Notes: generated by a model not told the origin, from the letters alone. A stretch of DNA of 64,000 nucleotides from an uncultured Chloroflexia bacterium (GCA_963828165.1 CAWHDR010000001.1:2784001-2848000); one strand, 5' to 3'. Shown: positions 10,906 to 23,763, counted from the stretch's first letter. Numbers and translations: made by a program.

Positions 10906-11029
10906 CACCCGCCGTTTCCGGACCCCGGGCGTTACCCCGAGGTTCGCGTTTATCTCGGGGCCAGCAGCGCAGCAGGCCGACCCGCCCACGGGTCGTCTCC
11001 CTCCTCCACGACAAGGAGGATCGTTTCCC

Positions 11030-13613
<2,584 letters not shown>

Positions 13614-13655
13614 GCCGAAACCGCCGGGCGATCGCCCGGACCCATCGCTGCCCAA

Positions 13656-13693
13656 GACGACCGGTCGGTTCCCTCGGGAGCCGGCCGGTCGTC
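13656..13693 (+). terminator. Strong hairpin downstream of pnp (no U-tract)
   Basis: GACGACCGGTCGGTTCCC-TC-GGGAGCCGGCCGGTCGTC, ~18 bp including G-U pairs. Confidence 0.55.
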
Positions 13694-13751
13694 ACGTTCG
13701 GGCACGCGGCGACGCGCAAACGGAGCCCGTGCGGGAGCCGCCAAGCCTCGC

Positions 13752-13760
13752 TGGTATACT
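13752..13760 (+). promoter_or_regulatory. Extended -10 promoter of the asd operon
   Basis: TGgTATACT. Confidence 0.55.
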
Positions 13761-13798
13761 CCCGCCGTGCCCGACCAGACCCAGTCCATAGCCGAGCC

Positions 13799-14872
13799 AT
13801 GCCCACGATGAACTCGAAACCGCTCAATATCGCGGTCGTCGGCGCCACAGGCGTCGTCGGCGGGACGATGATCCGGATGCTCCGCGAGCGCCGCTTTCCC
13901 ATCGGGGAACTGCGCCTCCTCGCCTCCGCGCGCTCCGCCGGGCGGACCATCGATGTCGACGGCACGGAGCATGTCGTTGGCGAGGCCACCGCCGAGTCGT
14001 TCGAGGGCGTCGACATCGCCCTGTTCAGCGCCGGCGGCGGCATCTCCAAGGAGCTGGCGCCGCAAGCCGCGGAGCGTGGCGCGACCGTCATCGACAACTC
14101 GTCGGCGTGGCGCATGGACCCGAACGTCCCGCTCGTCGTCTCGCAGGTCAATCCGGACGACATGGAGCGGCATGAGGGGATCATCGCCAATCCCAATTGC
14201 TCGACGATGCAGCTCGTGCCCGTGCTCATGGCGCTGCGCGACGCCGTCGGCCTCGAACGGGTCGTGGTCGATACCTACCAGGCCGTCAGCGGCACCGGTG
14301 CCAAGGCGATCACGGAGCTGCAGGCCCAGCTGGAGGCGCACGTCGGCGGACAGCCGCTCGAATCGAACGTCTATCCCCACCAGATCGCGCTCAACGCCCT
14401 CCCGCAGGTCGATGTCTTCCTGGACAACGGCTACACCAAGGAAGAGTGGAAGGTCGTGACCGAGAGCCGCAAGATCCTGCACCTGCCGGACCTGCGCGTC
14501 TCGTGCACGGCGGTCCGCGTGCCGGTCTTCGTGGCGCACAGCGAGGCGGTCCACGTCGAGACCCGCGAGCCGATCACACCGGATCGAGCCCGGACCCTGT
14601 TCGCCGCCGTGCCCGGGGTCGTCGTGCAGGACGACCCGTCCACCTCGACGTATCCGCTCGCGACCGAGGCCGCCGGATCGGACGAGGTCTACGTCGGTCG
14701 AGTCCGGCAGGACCCGTCCATCGGGGATGGTCGCGGACTCGCCTTCTGGGTGGTGAGCGACAACCTGCGCAAGGGCGCGGCCACCAACGCCGTGCAACTT
14801 GCCGAGATCCTGGTCGAGCGGGGCTGGGTCAAGGCCGCCGCGGCACGAAACGCGGCCGGAACCCCGGCGTGA
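13799..14872 (+). CDS. asd: Aspartate-semialdehyde dehydrogenase (start may be 13808)
   Basis: VVGATGVVG, VIDNSSAWRM, IIANPNCST, SDNLRKGAATNAVQ. Confidence 0.97.
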   Translation: MPTMNSKPLNIAVVGATGVVGGTMIRMLRERRFPIGELRLLASARSAGRTIDVDGTEHVVGEATAESFEGVDIALFSAGGGISKELAPQAAERGATVIDNSSAWRMDPNVPLVVSQVNPDDMERHEGIIANPNCSTMQLVPVLMALRDAVGLERVVVDTYQAVSGTGAKAITELQAQLEAHVGGQPLESNVYPHQIALNALPQVDVFLDNGYTKEEWKVVTESRKILHLPDLRVSCTAVRVPVFVAHSEAVHVETREPITPDRARTLFAAVPGVVVQDDPSTSTYPLATEAAGSDEVYVGRVRQDPSIGDGRGLAFWVVSDNLRKGAATNAVQLAEILVERGWVKAAAARNAAGTPA

Positions 14873-15675
14873 CCGACGCCGAGCGCCGCGCGGCGCTCGA
14901 GGAGATCGCCGGAGAGGTTCGCGTCTGCACGCGGTGCCGCCTCCACGAGACCCGCACGAAGGCCGTACCGGGTGAAGGCGATCCCTCCACGGAGGTCGTC
15001 TTCGTGGGAGAGGGCCCGGGCATGAACGAGGACCGCGAAGGCCGACCCTTCGTTGGCCGCGCCGGCGGCCTGCTCGTGAACCTGCTCGGTCATATCGGCT
15101 GGAGCCGCCAGGACGTGTTCATCACGAACATCGTGAAGTGCCGTCCGCCCGGCAACCGAGATCCCGAACCGGACGAGATCGCCGCCTGCGCGCCGTACCT
15201 CGAACGACAGCTCGCGGTGCTCGACCCGTCCGTCGTCGTGACCCTGGGCCGGCACTCGATGGGCCGGTTCATGCCGGGCACCCGGATCTCGCAGGCGCAC
15301 GGCACGACCCGCACCGCGGACCCGGCGACCGGTGCCCGAGACGCCACGGTGTTCGCGATGTATCACCCGGCCGCAGCCCTGCGAACGCCGGGCATCGAAC
15401 GCGACAGCTACGAGGACGTGGCGCGCATCCCGACCGTGCTGACCGACGCCCGCGCCCGCCGCGCCGAGGCCCGCCGCCGGGCTCGAGCCGGGGCGGCAGC
15501 GCCGATCGCCTCAGCTCCGGGCGCAGAGACCTTCGACGCGGGGCCGTCCCCCGCTGACGCCACGCCCCAGGCGGACCAGCCCGCCCCGAGCCCCATCGTC
15601 CCCACGGTCCAAGCCACGTCGGCCGCGTCGCTTCCCGAAACCGAGCCCGCCGGCGACCAACTCAGTCTCTTCTGA
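14869..15675 (+). CDS. Family-4 (Fe-S) uracil-DNA glycosylase with disordered tail ending QLSLF
   Basis: CTRCRL, VGEGPG, GRPFVGRAG, NIVKCRPPGNRDP, YHPAAAL. Confidence 0.93.
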   Translation: MTDAERRAALEEIAGEVRVCTRCRLHETRTKAVPGEGDPSTEVVFVGEGPGMNEDREGRPFVGRAGGLLVNLLGHIGWSRQDVFITNIVKCRPPGNRDPEPDEIAACAPYLERQLAVLDPSVVVTLGRHSMGRFMPGTRISQAHGTTRTADPATGARDATVFAMYHPAAALRTPGIERDSYEDVARIPTVLTDARARRAEARRRARAGAAAPIASAPGAETFDAGPSPADATPQADQPAPSPIVPTVQATSAASLPETEPAGDQLSLF

Positions 15676-15694
15676 CCCCTCACACAGGAAACCG

Positions 15695-17377
15695 ATGACA
15701 TTCACCCAGACCACCGATACCGACCAACCACTCCGCATCATCCCGCTCGGCGGGGTGGGGGAGATCGGCAAGAACATGTACGTCTTCGAGTACGGCGACG
15801 ACATCGTCGTCATCGACTGCGGCCTCATGTTCCCGGACGAGGAGATGTTCGGCATCGACCTCGTCATCCCCGACATCAGCTACCTCAAGGAGAACCGCGC
15901 CAAGGTGCGCGCGTTCCTGATCACCCATGCCCACGAGGACCACGTCGGCGCGCTGCCCTACGTCCTGCCCGAGTTCCCGGGCGTGCCGGTCTACGCGAGC
16001 ACCCTCGCTCGCGGCCTGCTCGGCAACAAGATCAAGGAGCACAAGCTCCACAACAACCCACTCATCGCGCTCGAGCCCGGCGACGAGACCGACATCGGGC
16101 CGTTCAAGGTGGTGCCGTTCCGCGTCGGCCACTCGATCCCCGACGCGATGGGCATCGCCCTCAAGACGCCGGTCGGCACGATCGTCCACACCGGCGACTT
16201 CAAGTTCGACCACACCCCGGTCGACGGCAAGCTGTCCGATTTCGCGATCCTCGCCAAGCTCGGCGCCGAAGGCGTCATCTGCCTCCTGTCCGACTCCACA
16301 CGAGCCGAGAACCCCGGCTATACCCCGTCGGAACGGACCGTCGGCGAGGCGTTCCGCGAGATCATGGAGCCGCTTGACGGGCGCGTGATCGTCGCGACCT
16401 TCGCGAGCAACATCGCCCGCGTCCAGCAGGTGCTGGATGCTGCCGCGTCCATGGGACGCAAGGTGGCCGTCATCGGCCGCTCGATGGAGCAGAACTTCCG
16501 GATCGCCACGGACCTCGGCTATCTCAAGTACGAGGCCTCGCAGATCGTGTCGAAGGACAAGATCAAGGACCACCCGGACGGCAACCTCGTCATCGCCACC
16601 ACCGGCGCCCAGGGTGAGCCCATGGCCGGGCTCGCACGCATGGCCAACCGCGACCACCGCTTCGTGGAGATCCAACCGGGCGATACGGTCATCGTCAGCG
16701 CGAGCCCCATCCCCGGGAACGAGGAGTACGTGTCCCGGACTATCGACAACCTGTTCAAGGCCGGCGCCAACGTGTACTACCACACCATCAAGCGGGCGCA
16801 CGTCTCAGGGCATGCCAGCCAGGAGGAGCTCAAGCTCATGCTCGGGCTGACCAAGCCGAAGTACTTCATCCCGATCCACGGCGAGTTTCGGATGCAGGTC
16901 CAGCACGGGCGCCTGGCCACCGAGACGGGGGTCGAACCGGAGAACGTGTTCATCATCGAAAACGGCATGCCCATCGAGCTGTATGCCGACGGGTCGGCCC
17001 GGCGCGGTACCCCCGTCACGGCGGGCTACGTGTTCGTCGACGGTTTATCGGTCGGCGACGTGGGCGACATCGTCCTGCGCGACCGCCGCTCCCTGGCGAA
17101 CGACGGCATGTTCATGATCGTCGTGACGGTCGACAAGCAGACGGGCTCGGTCGTCGGACGGCCCGAGATCGTGACGCGCGGCTTCGTCAAGCTCAACGAG
17201 CAGGATCCGCTCATGGAAGGGGCCGTCGAACGCGTGATCAAGGCGATCGATACGCCAGGCGACCACATCGCCGAGCACGCCCTCCTGAAGTCCCAGATCA
17301 AGGAGGGCGTCTCGCGCTACCTGTACGAGCAGACGAAGCGCCGGCCGATGGTCTTTCCCGTCGTGGTCGAGGTCTGA
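15695..17377 (+). CDS. rnj: Ribonuclease J
   Basis: PLGGVGEIGKNM, THAHEDHVG, HTGDFK, HVSGHA. Confidence 0.97.
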   Translation: MTFTQTTDTDQPLRIIPLGGVGEIGKNMYVFEYGDDIVVIDCGLMFPDEEMFGIDLVIPDISYLKENRAKVRAFLITHAHEDHVGALPYVLPEFPGVPVYASTLARGLLGNKIKEHKLHNNPLIALEPGDETDIGPFKVVPFRVGHSIPDAMGIALKTPVGTIVHTGDFKFDHTPVDGKLSDFAILAKLGAEGVICLLSDSTRAENPGYTPSERTVGEAFREIMEPLDGRVIVATFASNIARVQQVLDAAASMGRKVAVIGRSMEQNFRIATDLGYLKYEASQIVSKDKIKDHPDGNLVIATTGAQGEPMAGLARMANRDHRFVEIQPGDTVIVSASPIPGNEEYVSRTIDNLFKAGANVYYHTIKRAHVSGHASQEELKLMLGLTKPKYFIPIHGEFRMQVQHGRLATETGVEPENVFIIENGMPIELYADGSARRGTPVTAGYVFVDGLSVGDVGDIVLRDRRSLANDGMFMIVVTVDKQTGSVVGRPEIVTRGFVKLNEQDPLMEGAVERVIKAIDTPGDHIAEHALLKSQIKEGVSRYLYEQTKRRPMVFPVVVEV

Positions 17378-17379
17378 CC

Positions 17380-19815
17380 TTGGCGACACGACGCCGATCC
17401 AGCACGACGCGATCCGCGAAGACGGGCGCCACGCGGGCGCCACGGCGACGCCGGACGAACAGCTTCATCGGTCGCGTCAACCCGGAGGTGGTGCGCTCGA
17501 TCCTGGGGACCGTGATGATGGCCCTCGGTGCGATCACGCTCATCGCCCTGGTCCTCCCCGGCGAAGGCGCCCTGACCGACTGGTGGCGCGACTCCATCGC
17601 GCCGTGGTTCGAGGCCGGCCGCTGGCTGCTGCCGTTCCTGCTCCTGGCCGGCGGTTGGTGGATCGCGGCGGGACCCGGCAAGAAGGCGGGCTCCGGCTGG
17701 GGGGTGACCCTGGGTGGGCTCGCGATCGCCTACGTCGCGGGGCTGGGCGTGTTCGAGATCCTCGCCCTCGACATCCTCGGCGAAGAGCGCGGCGGCGGCC
17801 GGATCGGGCGGTTCCTGGCGGGAGCGCTGGAACCCCTGCTCACCGCGCCCGGGGCGATCGTGCTGTTGTCGGCGATCGGGTTGCTCGGGCTCATGCTCGC
17901 GTTCAACCTTCAGCTCCGCCAGCTGCTCGCACCGTTCACGGGAACGGCTCGCTGGGTCGGATCGACCACGGCTGAGTCCCTCCGGCGTGCGCAGGAGGCA
18001 CGCCCGGCGGACCCCAAGGCCCCGACCAATGGCACGGCCAAGGCGAGGACGCCGACCAAGGAGCCGGTCGCCATCCCGATCACGGCACTCGACGACCCGG
18101 CACGCAGCATCCTCGACGAACCGGCGCCCCGATCGGGCCAGTCGCCGATGAGCCAGACGGTCTGGACCGGTCCCTCCGATGGCGGCAGCGGCTCGCTGTC
18201 GGCGAGACCTGCTCGCGCCGCGACCGCTCTCGCGGGCGACGCTCCGACCGCCCTGGAGTCCCTGAACGCGATCGACTGGACCTTGCCCGCCATCGACCTG
18301 CTCGAGCCGCGACCGGTGGCGCTCGTCGGCGGCACGTTGGACCATGCCTCGAACTCGAGGCGGATCGAGGAGAAACTGCTGAGCTTCGCGATCCCGGCGA
18401 AGGTCGTGAAGGTCAATTCCGGGCCGGTCGTGACCCAGTACGAGGTCCGCCCGGAGCACCACATCAAGGTCTCGCGGATCGAGGCCCTGGCCGACGATCT
18501 GGCGATGGCCCTCGCGGCCCGCTCGATCCGGATCGAGGCACCGATCCCGGGCAAGGACGTCGTCGGCATCGAGATCCCGAACTCGGTCAGCGAGGTCGTG
18601 GGCTTCAAGCCGCTGGTCGATGAGAGCCAGATGCTCGATTCCACGAGCCCGTTGACCTTCGCGCTGGGCCGTGACGTGTCGGGCAAGGCCTACGCCGTCG
18701 ACCTCGCCAAGATGCCCCACCTGCTCGTTGCCGGCGCCACGGGGTCAGGCAAGAGCGTGTGCGTGAACGCGCTCATCACGAGCCTGCTCATGCGCGCCCG
18801 CCCGGACGAGGTCCGCATGATCCTCGTCGATCTCAAGCGGGTCGAGCTCGCGCCCTACAACGGCCTGCCGCACCTGCTGCAGCACGTGATCGTCGAACCG
18901 GGCGAGGCGAAAGCCGTGCTGAACTGGGCGGTCCGGGAGATGGAGGATCGCTACAAGCTGCTGGCTGCCCACAGCGTCCGCAACATCGCGGCGTTCAACG
19001 CCCGGCCGGAGGCCAACGGCGCCGCTGGCACGACACCGGTTGGCGGCGCTGGTTCGGGTGCGGTCGCGGTCGACACGGAGAACGCCGCCGAGCGGATGCC
19101 CTACATCGTGCTGATCATCGACGAGCTCGCCGACCTGATCATGCGCGAGGGGCGCAAGGTCGAGGATCCGGTCGTGAAGATCGCGCAAAAGGCGCGCGCG
19201 GTCGGCATCCACCTGGTTCTCGCCACCCAGCGGCCGTCGGTCAACGTCGTGACCGGGCTCATCAAGGCGAATGTCCCGTCCAGGATCGCGTTCGCGATGG
19301 CTTCCAATGTCGACTCGCGGACGGTGCTCGATTCCCCGGGTGCGGAGGACCTCATCGGTCGAGGCGACATGCTGTACCAGCCGGTCGACCTGCCACGACC
19401 CGTCCGCATGCAGGGCGTGTTCGTCAGCGATCACGACGTCGGCGCCGTCACGAAGCACTGGATGGACCAGACCGGCGGCAAGACCTTCTACGACGAGGAC
19501 ATCCTCGCGTTCGCCGACCCGGAGGATGGTGTCGGCGGCGACAACGGCCAGTTCGCGTGGTTGCGCAAGCGTGATGTCGATGAGATGACCATCCCGGCGG
19601 CTGAGCTGGTCACGACCATGCAGAAGGCCTCGACCTCGATGCTCCAGACGAAGCTCAAGCTCGGCTTCTCGCGGGCGAGCCGGGTGATGGACGAGCTCGA
19701 GCGGAACGGGATCATCGGGCCGCAAGACCCGCGGAATCCGGCCGTCCCACGCCAGATCTACGGCCGTGAGAACTGGTTCATCACCCAGGATGATGTGGAT
19801 GACCCGGGCGACTGA
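17380..19815 (+). CDS. ftsK: DNA translocase FtsK/SpoIIIE
   Basis: N-terminal TM helices, MPHLLVAGATGSGKS, IIDELADL, ATQRPSV, gamma domain ASTSMLQTKLKLGFSRA. Confidence 0.96.
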   Translation: MATRRRSSTTRSAKTGATRAPRRRRTNSFIGRVNPEVVRSILGTVMMALGAITLIALVLPGEGALTDWWRDSIAPWFEAGRWLLPFLLLAGGWWIAAGPGKKAGSGWGVTLGGLAIAYVAGLGVFEILALDILGEERGGGRIGRFLAGALEPLLTAPGAIVLLSAIGLLGLMLAFNLQLRQLLAPFTGTARWVGSTTAESLRRAQEARPADPKAPTNGTAKARTPTKEPVAIPITALDDPARSILDEPAPRSGQSPMSQTVWTGPSDGGSGSLSARPARAATALAGDAPTALESLNAIDWTLPAIDLLEPRPVALVGGTLDHASNSRRIEEKLLSFAIPAKVVKVNSGPVVTQYEVRPEHHIKVSRIEALADDLAMALAARSIRIEAPIPGKDVVGIEIPNSVSEVVGFKPLVDESQMLDSTSPLTFALGRDVSGKAYAVDLAKMPHLLVAGATGSGKSVCVNALITSLLMRARPDEVRMILVDLKRVELAPYNGLPHLLQHVIVEPGEAKAVLNWAVREMEDRYKLLAAHSVRNIAAFNARPEANGAAGTTPVGGAGSGAVAVDTENAAERMPYIVLIIDELADLIMREGRKVEDPVVKIAQKARAVGIHLVLATQRPSVNVVTGLIKANVPSRIAFAMASNVDSRTVLDSPGAEDLIGRGDMLYQPVDLPRPVRMQGVFVSDHDVGAVTKHWMDQTGGKTFYDEDILAFADPEDGVGGDNGQFAWLRKRDVDEMTIPAAELVTTMQKASTSMLQTKLKLGFSRASRVMDELERNGIIGPQDPRNPAVPRQIYGRENWFITQDDVDDPGD

Positions 19816-19950
19816 GATGGGCGCGCCCATTGGGGCCGTGGCACGGCTGGGAACGTCGCTGGGGTATCCTTTCGCGACGGTGGTCGTCGGGGTGGCGCGA
19901 GACCAGGACGGCCGGGACACGACCGGGCGCGATAAGGACGGAACTGCTCG

Positions 19951-21312
19951 ATGACGACACGGGACCAGGTCCGGCGAGCCGTCAGAGCCGAGCGCGGCGA
20001 GGCACGCCCGATCACCGCGGAACCCGCCCCCGGGCTGCCAGAGCGGCTGCTCGCGGCCCGCGAGCGCAAGGGCGTCGACCTGTACCGCGCCGAGCGCGAC
20101 ACGAAGATCCGGGTCCGCTACCTGGCCGCCCTCGAGCGCGGCGACTATCGCGAGCTCCCGGGGAACGTCTACACGAAGGGATTCCTGCGCAACTACGCGC
20201 TGTATCTCGGCCTGGACCCCGATGACGTGCTGTTGCAGTGGCGACGCGAGCGCGGTGACCCGCGCGAGCCCCAGGCCGTCATCACCGTGCCGCGACCGAT
20301 CGCCGCGCCACGCAAGGGCCTGACCTTCTCGCCGAGCCTCGTCGTCTTCGCCTTGCTGACGGTGGCGGTCCTCGCGTTCGCCGCCTATCTCGGCGTCCAG
20401 CTGCTGCGCTTCGCCAAGCCGCCCACGATCGCGGTCACGACTCCGTCGGCAGCCGTGATCGAGGTCGACGAATTGGCCACCGAGTACCTGCTGAAGGGCA
20501 CGTCCACGGCCGGCGCCACGATCTCCATCGAGACACCGGGGCGCGACCCGTACAGCGTCAGCGCCGATGCCGATGGCGACTGGAGCGCGAGCGTGGAGCT
20601 GCGCCGCGGGCGCAACCAGTTCGAGGTCTCGGCGGTCGACCCGGATACGGGCAAGCAGTCGGAGGCTGCGGTCAGCCTGTTCATCACGGTGCCGTACCTG
20701 GTCTTCGTGTCGCCGACCCTGTCGATCGACCAGCCGGCAGAGGGCGCGACCTTCGAGAACGGCGCGATCCCCGTCCAGGGCCGCACGACGAACGCCGACT
20801 CCGTCGTCGTGAGCGCGGCCTACTCGGGTCCCGCGGAGCCGCCGAAGGCCGGTGCCGCCACACCCGCGCCACCGGCCGTGCCGGCCCCGGTCACGGTCCC
20901 GGTCGCCGAGGACGGCACGTTCACGACGCCATTCGAGCTGACCGCCGGCCGCTGGGCGATCACGGTGACCGCCTCGAGTCCCGAGGGCAAGACATCCTCC
21001 CTCAGCCGCGCGGTGACGGTCGCGTTCAAGGGCGTCAACCTCGTCGTGTCGATCGATGGCGGCCGTGCCTGGATCAAGGTCTGGGTCGACGGCAAGATCC
21101 ATCCGGATGTCGGCGCGGCCGGCCGCGTCTTCAACGACGGCAAGACCCTGACCTTCAACGGGAAGCGGTCGATCGAGGTTCGCACGGGGTCATCGGGCGT
21201 GACGAAGTTCGCGCTCAACGGGACGTCGCTCGGAGCGCTGGGCCGCAGTGGGACGCCCGAGACTTGGCTGTTCGAGCCACCCGCCAAGCCCGAGCTGACC
21301 CAGCGTCGCTGA
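19951..21312 (+). CDS. rodZ: RodZ-like protein (HTH, TM, beta-rich extracellular repeats, DUF4115-like end)
   Basis: TKIRVRYLAALERGDYRELPGNVYTKGFLRNYALYLGLD, single TM, AWIKVWVDG; follows ftsK. Confidence 0.85.
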   Translation: MTTRDQVRRAVRAERGEARPITAEPAPGLPERLLAARERKGVDLYRAERDTKIRVRYLAALERGDYRELPGNVYTKGFLRNYALYLGLDPDDVLLQWRRERGDPREPQAVITVPRPIAAPRKGLTFSPSLVVFALLTVAVLAFAAYLGVQLLRFAKPPTIAVTTPSAAVIEVDELATEYLLKGTSTAGATISIETPGRDPYSVSADADGDWSASVELRRGRNQFEVSAVDPDTGKQSEAAVSLFITVPYLVFVSPTLSIDQPAEGATFENGAIPVQGRTTNADSVVVSAAYSGPAEPPKAGAATPAPPAVPAPVTVPVAEDGTFTTPFELTAGRWAITVTASSPEGKTSSLSRAVTVAFKGVNLVVSIDGGRAWIKVWVDGKIHPDVGAAGRVFNDGKTLTFNGKRSIEVRTGSSGVTKFALNGTSLGALGRSGTPETWLFEPPAKPELTQRR

Positions 21313-21317
21313 CGGAC

Positions 21318-21821
21318 GTGCCGCCGACCGACGAGGAGCTCCTGGACCTCGCCGAGCGCGTGGGGGCATCGTGCCGTACCGGCAACCGGACCCTTGCGAC
21401 GGCCGAGTCGTGCACCGGCGGGCTGGTCGCCCACCTCATCACCGAGGTCCCGGGCTCGAGCGCCTATTTCGTGGGCGGCCTCGTCACGTACGACAACGAC
21501 GTGAAGACCGCCCTTGCCGACGTTCCGCAGAGCGTCCTTGACGCCCACGGCGCCGTGTCCGCCCAGGTGGCGGTCGCCATGGCCGAAGGCACCCGCCGCC
21601 GGCTCGGCGTGGACGTCGCGGTCTCCGTCACCGGGGTCGCCGGACCGGATGGCGGGAGCGACACCAAACCGGTCGGCCTGACCTACGTGGGGATCGCCGA
21701 CGCCGATGGCGATGACGTTCGCCGGCACCTGTGGTCGGAAGACCGGCGTGGCAACAAGCGGGCGAGCGCGGCGGCCGCGCTGTCGCTCGTGCTCGAGCGT
21801 CTCGCCGCCAGCGACACGTGA
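21318..21821 (+). CDS. cinA: CinA C-terminal/PncC family NMN amidohydrolase
   Basis: ATAESCTGG, PGSSAYF, HGAVS, TGVAGPDGG..KPVGL. Confidence 0.9.
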   Translation: MPPTDEELLDLAERVGASCRTGNRTLATAESCTGGLVAHLITEVPGSSAYFVGGLVTYDNDVKTALADVPQSVLDAHGAVSAQVAVAMAEGTRRRLGVDVAVSVTGVAGPDGGSDTKPVGLTYVGIADADGDDVRRHLWSEDRRGNKRASAAAALSLVLERLAASDT

Positions 21822-23377
21822 CGCGCGACGCGGCCGCGATCGGTGCCGGCCTCGCGCCGGCACGTCCAGCACGGCCGATCCCCGCCGGCCAGCGGCTGCA
21901 TGTCATCGGCGTCGCGGGTGCCGGGGCGAGCGCCGCCGCCCTCCTCGCACACCACGCCGGCGCGCTCGTGACCGGATGCGATGCCGGTGGAGCGTCGCCG
22001 TACACGCCAGCGCTCGACGAGGCTGGAATCAAGCTGCACTGGCAGCACAGCGCCGAGCACATCACGAGCGAGCCCGTCCCGGATCGCGTGGCGGTCACCA
22101 AGGCCCTGACCGCGGTCCATCCCGACCATCCCGAGCTGCAGGCGACCGTCGCCGCCGACATCCCCCTGGAGTCCTGGCAGCAGGCCGTCGCAGACGCGGC
22201 TGTCGGGCGCACGCTCGTCGGCGTCGCGGGGACCCACGGCAAGAGCACGACCGCGGGGTGGCTGGTCCACGCCCTGGTGGCTGCCGGCCTGGACCCCGCA
22301 GCATTCGTCGGGGCGTTGCTGCCGAGCCCGATCACGGGCGGCCTGCCGTCCACGGCCCGGACGGGAAGGGGCGCCCCATTCGTCGTGGAGGCCGACGAGT
22401 ATGCCGGCAACTTCGACCCGTACCGACCGGATGTCGCCGTCCTTACGAGCGCCGAGTGGGATCACCCCGACGTCTTCGCCGATTCGGCCGCGGTCATCGA
22501 TACGTTCGGGGCCTGGCTGGGGCGGATGCCCGGCAGTGGCACGATCGTCGCCAATGCCGGCGATCCGGGCGTCGAGGCGGTGCTGGACCAGGTCATCGGG
22601 GATCGCTCGCCGGCGGTCGTGGCCTACGCGCTCACCGAGATCGACCCAGGGCGAGGCGGCTACCTGCGCGGCCTCGCCGAGCGATTCGGCGTCGATGGCC
22701 GGCCCGCGAGGCCGCTGATGGGTCGCATCACGAGCGCAGACCCCGGGGGCACGACGCTCGAGATCCACGGTTTGGACTCCCCGACCGGGCCCGTCGTCGC
22801 TCGCCTGGACACAGCCGGGCGGCACAATGCCGCCAACGCGCTCGCCGTGGCTGGAGCGGCGATGGCGTTGGGCGTGCCCACCACCGGGATCGTCGAGGCG
22901 CTCGCGTCCTTCCGGGGCGTCGGACGCCGCCTGGAACACAAGGGCGAGGCGGCCGGCGTCGTGGTCTACGACGACTACGGCCATCATCCGACCGCCATCC
23001 GCGAGACGCTCGCTGCGATCCGGCAGCGCCAGCCGGGGCGCCGCGTGTGGGCGGTGTACGAGCCGTTGACGTACCATCGAACGGCCGCCCTCATGCCCGC
23101 GTTCGCCGACGCGCTCGCGACAGCGGACGCGGTGGTGGTCGCGGACATCTGGGCCGGACGAGATCCGGACACCACGGTCGCATCCGCCGCCGGCCTCGCG
23201 GAGGCCGTGGCTAGGGCCCGACCGGGGCTCCTCGTGGAGGCCCCAGGCTCGGTCGACGAGACCGCAGCATGGCTCGCGCACGAGGTCCGGCCGGGGGATG
23301 CCGTCCTCGTGATGGGCGGAGGCAACAGCTACCGGATCGCTGAGGGCCTGTTACGCCGACTCGGATCGGAGGACTGA
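21818..23377 (+). CDS. murC: UDP-N-acetylmuramate--L-alanine ligase (MurC/Mpl family)
   Basis: VAGTHGKSTT, VEADEY, DHPD, GRHNAANA, DDYGHHPTAI, LVMGGG. Confidence 0.8.
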   Translation: MTRDAAAIGAGLAPARPARPIPAGQRLHVIGVAGAGASAAALLAHHAGALVTGCDAGGASPYTPALDEAGIKLHWQHSAEHITSEPVPDRVAVTKALTAVHPDHPELQATVAADIPLESWQQAVADAAVGRTLVGVAGTHGKSTTAGWLVHALVAAGLDPAAFVGALLPSPITGGLPSTARTGRGAPFVVEADEYAGNFDPYRPDVAVLTSAEWDHPDVFADSAAVIDTFGAWLGRMPGSGTIVANAGDPGVEAVLDQVIGDRSPAVVAYALTEIDPGRGGYLRGLAERFGVDGRPARPLMGRITSADPGGTTLEIHGLDSPTGPVVARLDTAGRHNAANALAVAGAAMALGVPTTGIVEALASFRGVGRRLEHKGEAAGVVVYDDYGHHPTAIRETLAAIRQRQPGRRVWAVYEPLTYHRTAALMPAFADALATADAVVVADIWAGRDPDTTVASAAGLAEAVARARPGLLVEAPGSVDETAAWLAHEVRPGDAVLVMGGGNSYRIAEGLLRRLGSED

Positions 23378-23379
23378 CC

Positions 23380-23763
23380 GTGGACCACGCTTCCGCCGCC
23401 GACCTCCTGGATCGCTACAAGCGTGCCTGGGAAACCTTCGACGGCGACGCCTGGACCGATCTCTTCGCCGAAGAAGCGGAGTACCACGAGGACCCGTTCG
23501 AACCGCCGATGGTCGGGTCCAACGCGCTCCGGGCATACTTGCTCGAAGCGGCCGAGGCGCAGGACCAGGTCGAGATGACCGTGGAGCGGCACTGGGTCGT
23601 AGGTGACACGGCGCTTGCCGCGTGGCACGCCAGCTACGTGCAGCGCACGGATCGCGCCCGCGTCCGACTTGCCGGCTTCATGACGCTGGAGCTTGCGAGC
23701 GACGGTCGCATCCGTCGCTTCCGCGAGTGGTGGCATCGACGCGAGACACCGGCGACCGGATAG
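23380..23763 (+). CDS. NTF2/SnoaL-like protein
   Basis: LFAEEAEYHEDPF...DGRIRRFREWW. Confidence 0.8.
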   Translation: MDHASAADLLDRYKRAWETFDGDAWTDLFAEEAEYHEDPFEPPMVGSNALRAYLLEAAEAQDQVEMTVERHWVVGDTALAAWHASYVQRTDRARVRLAGFMTLELASDGRIRRFREWWHRRETPATG

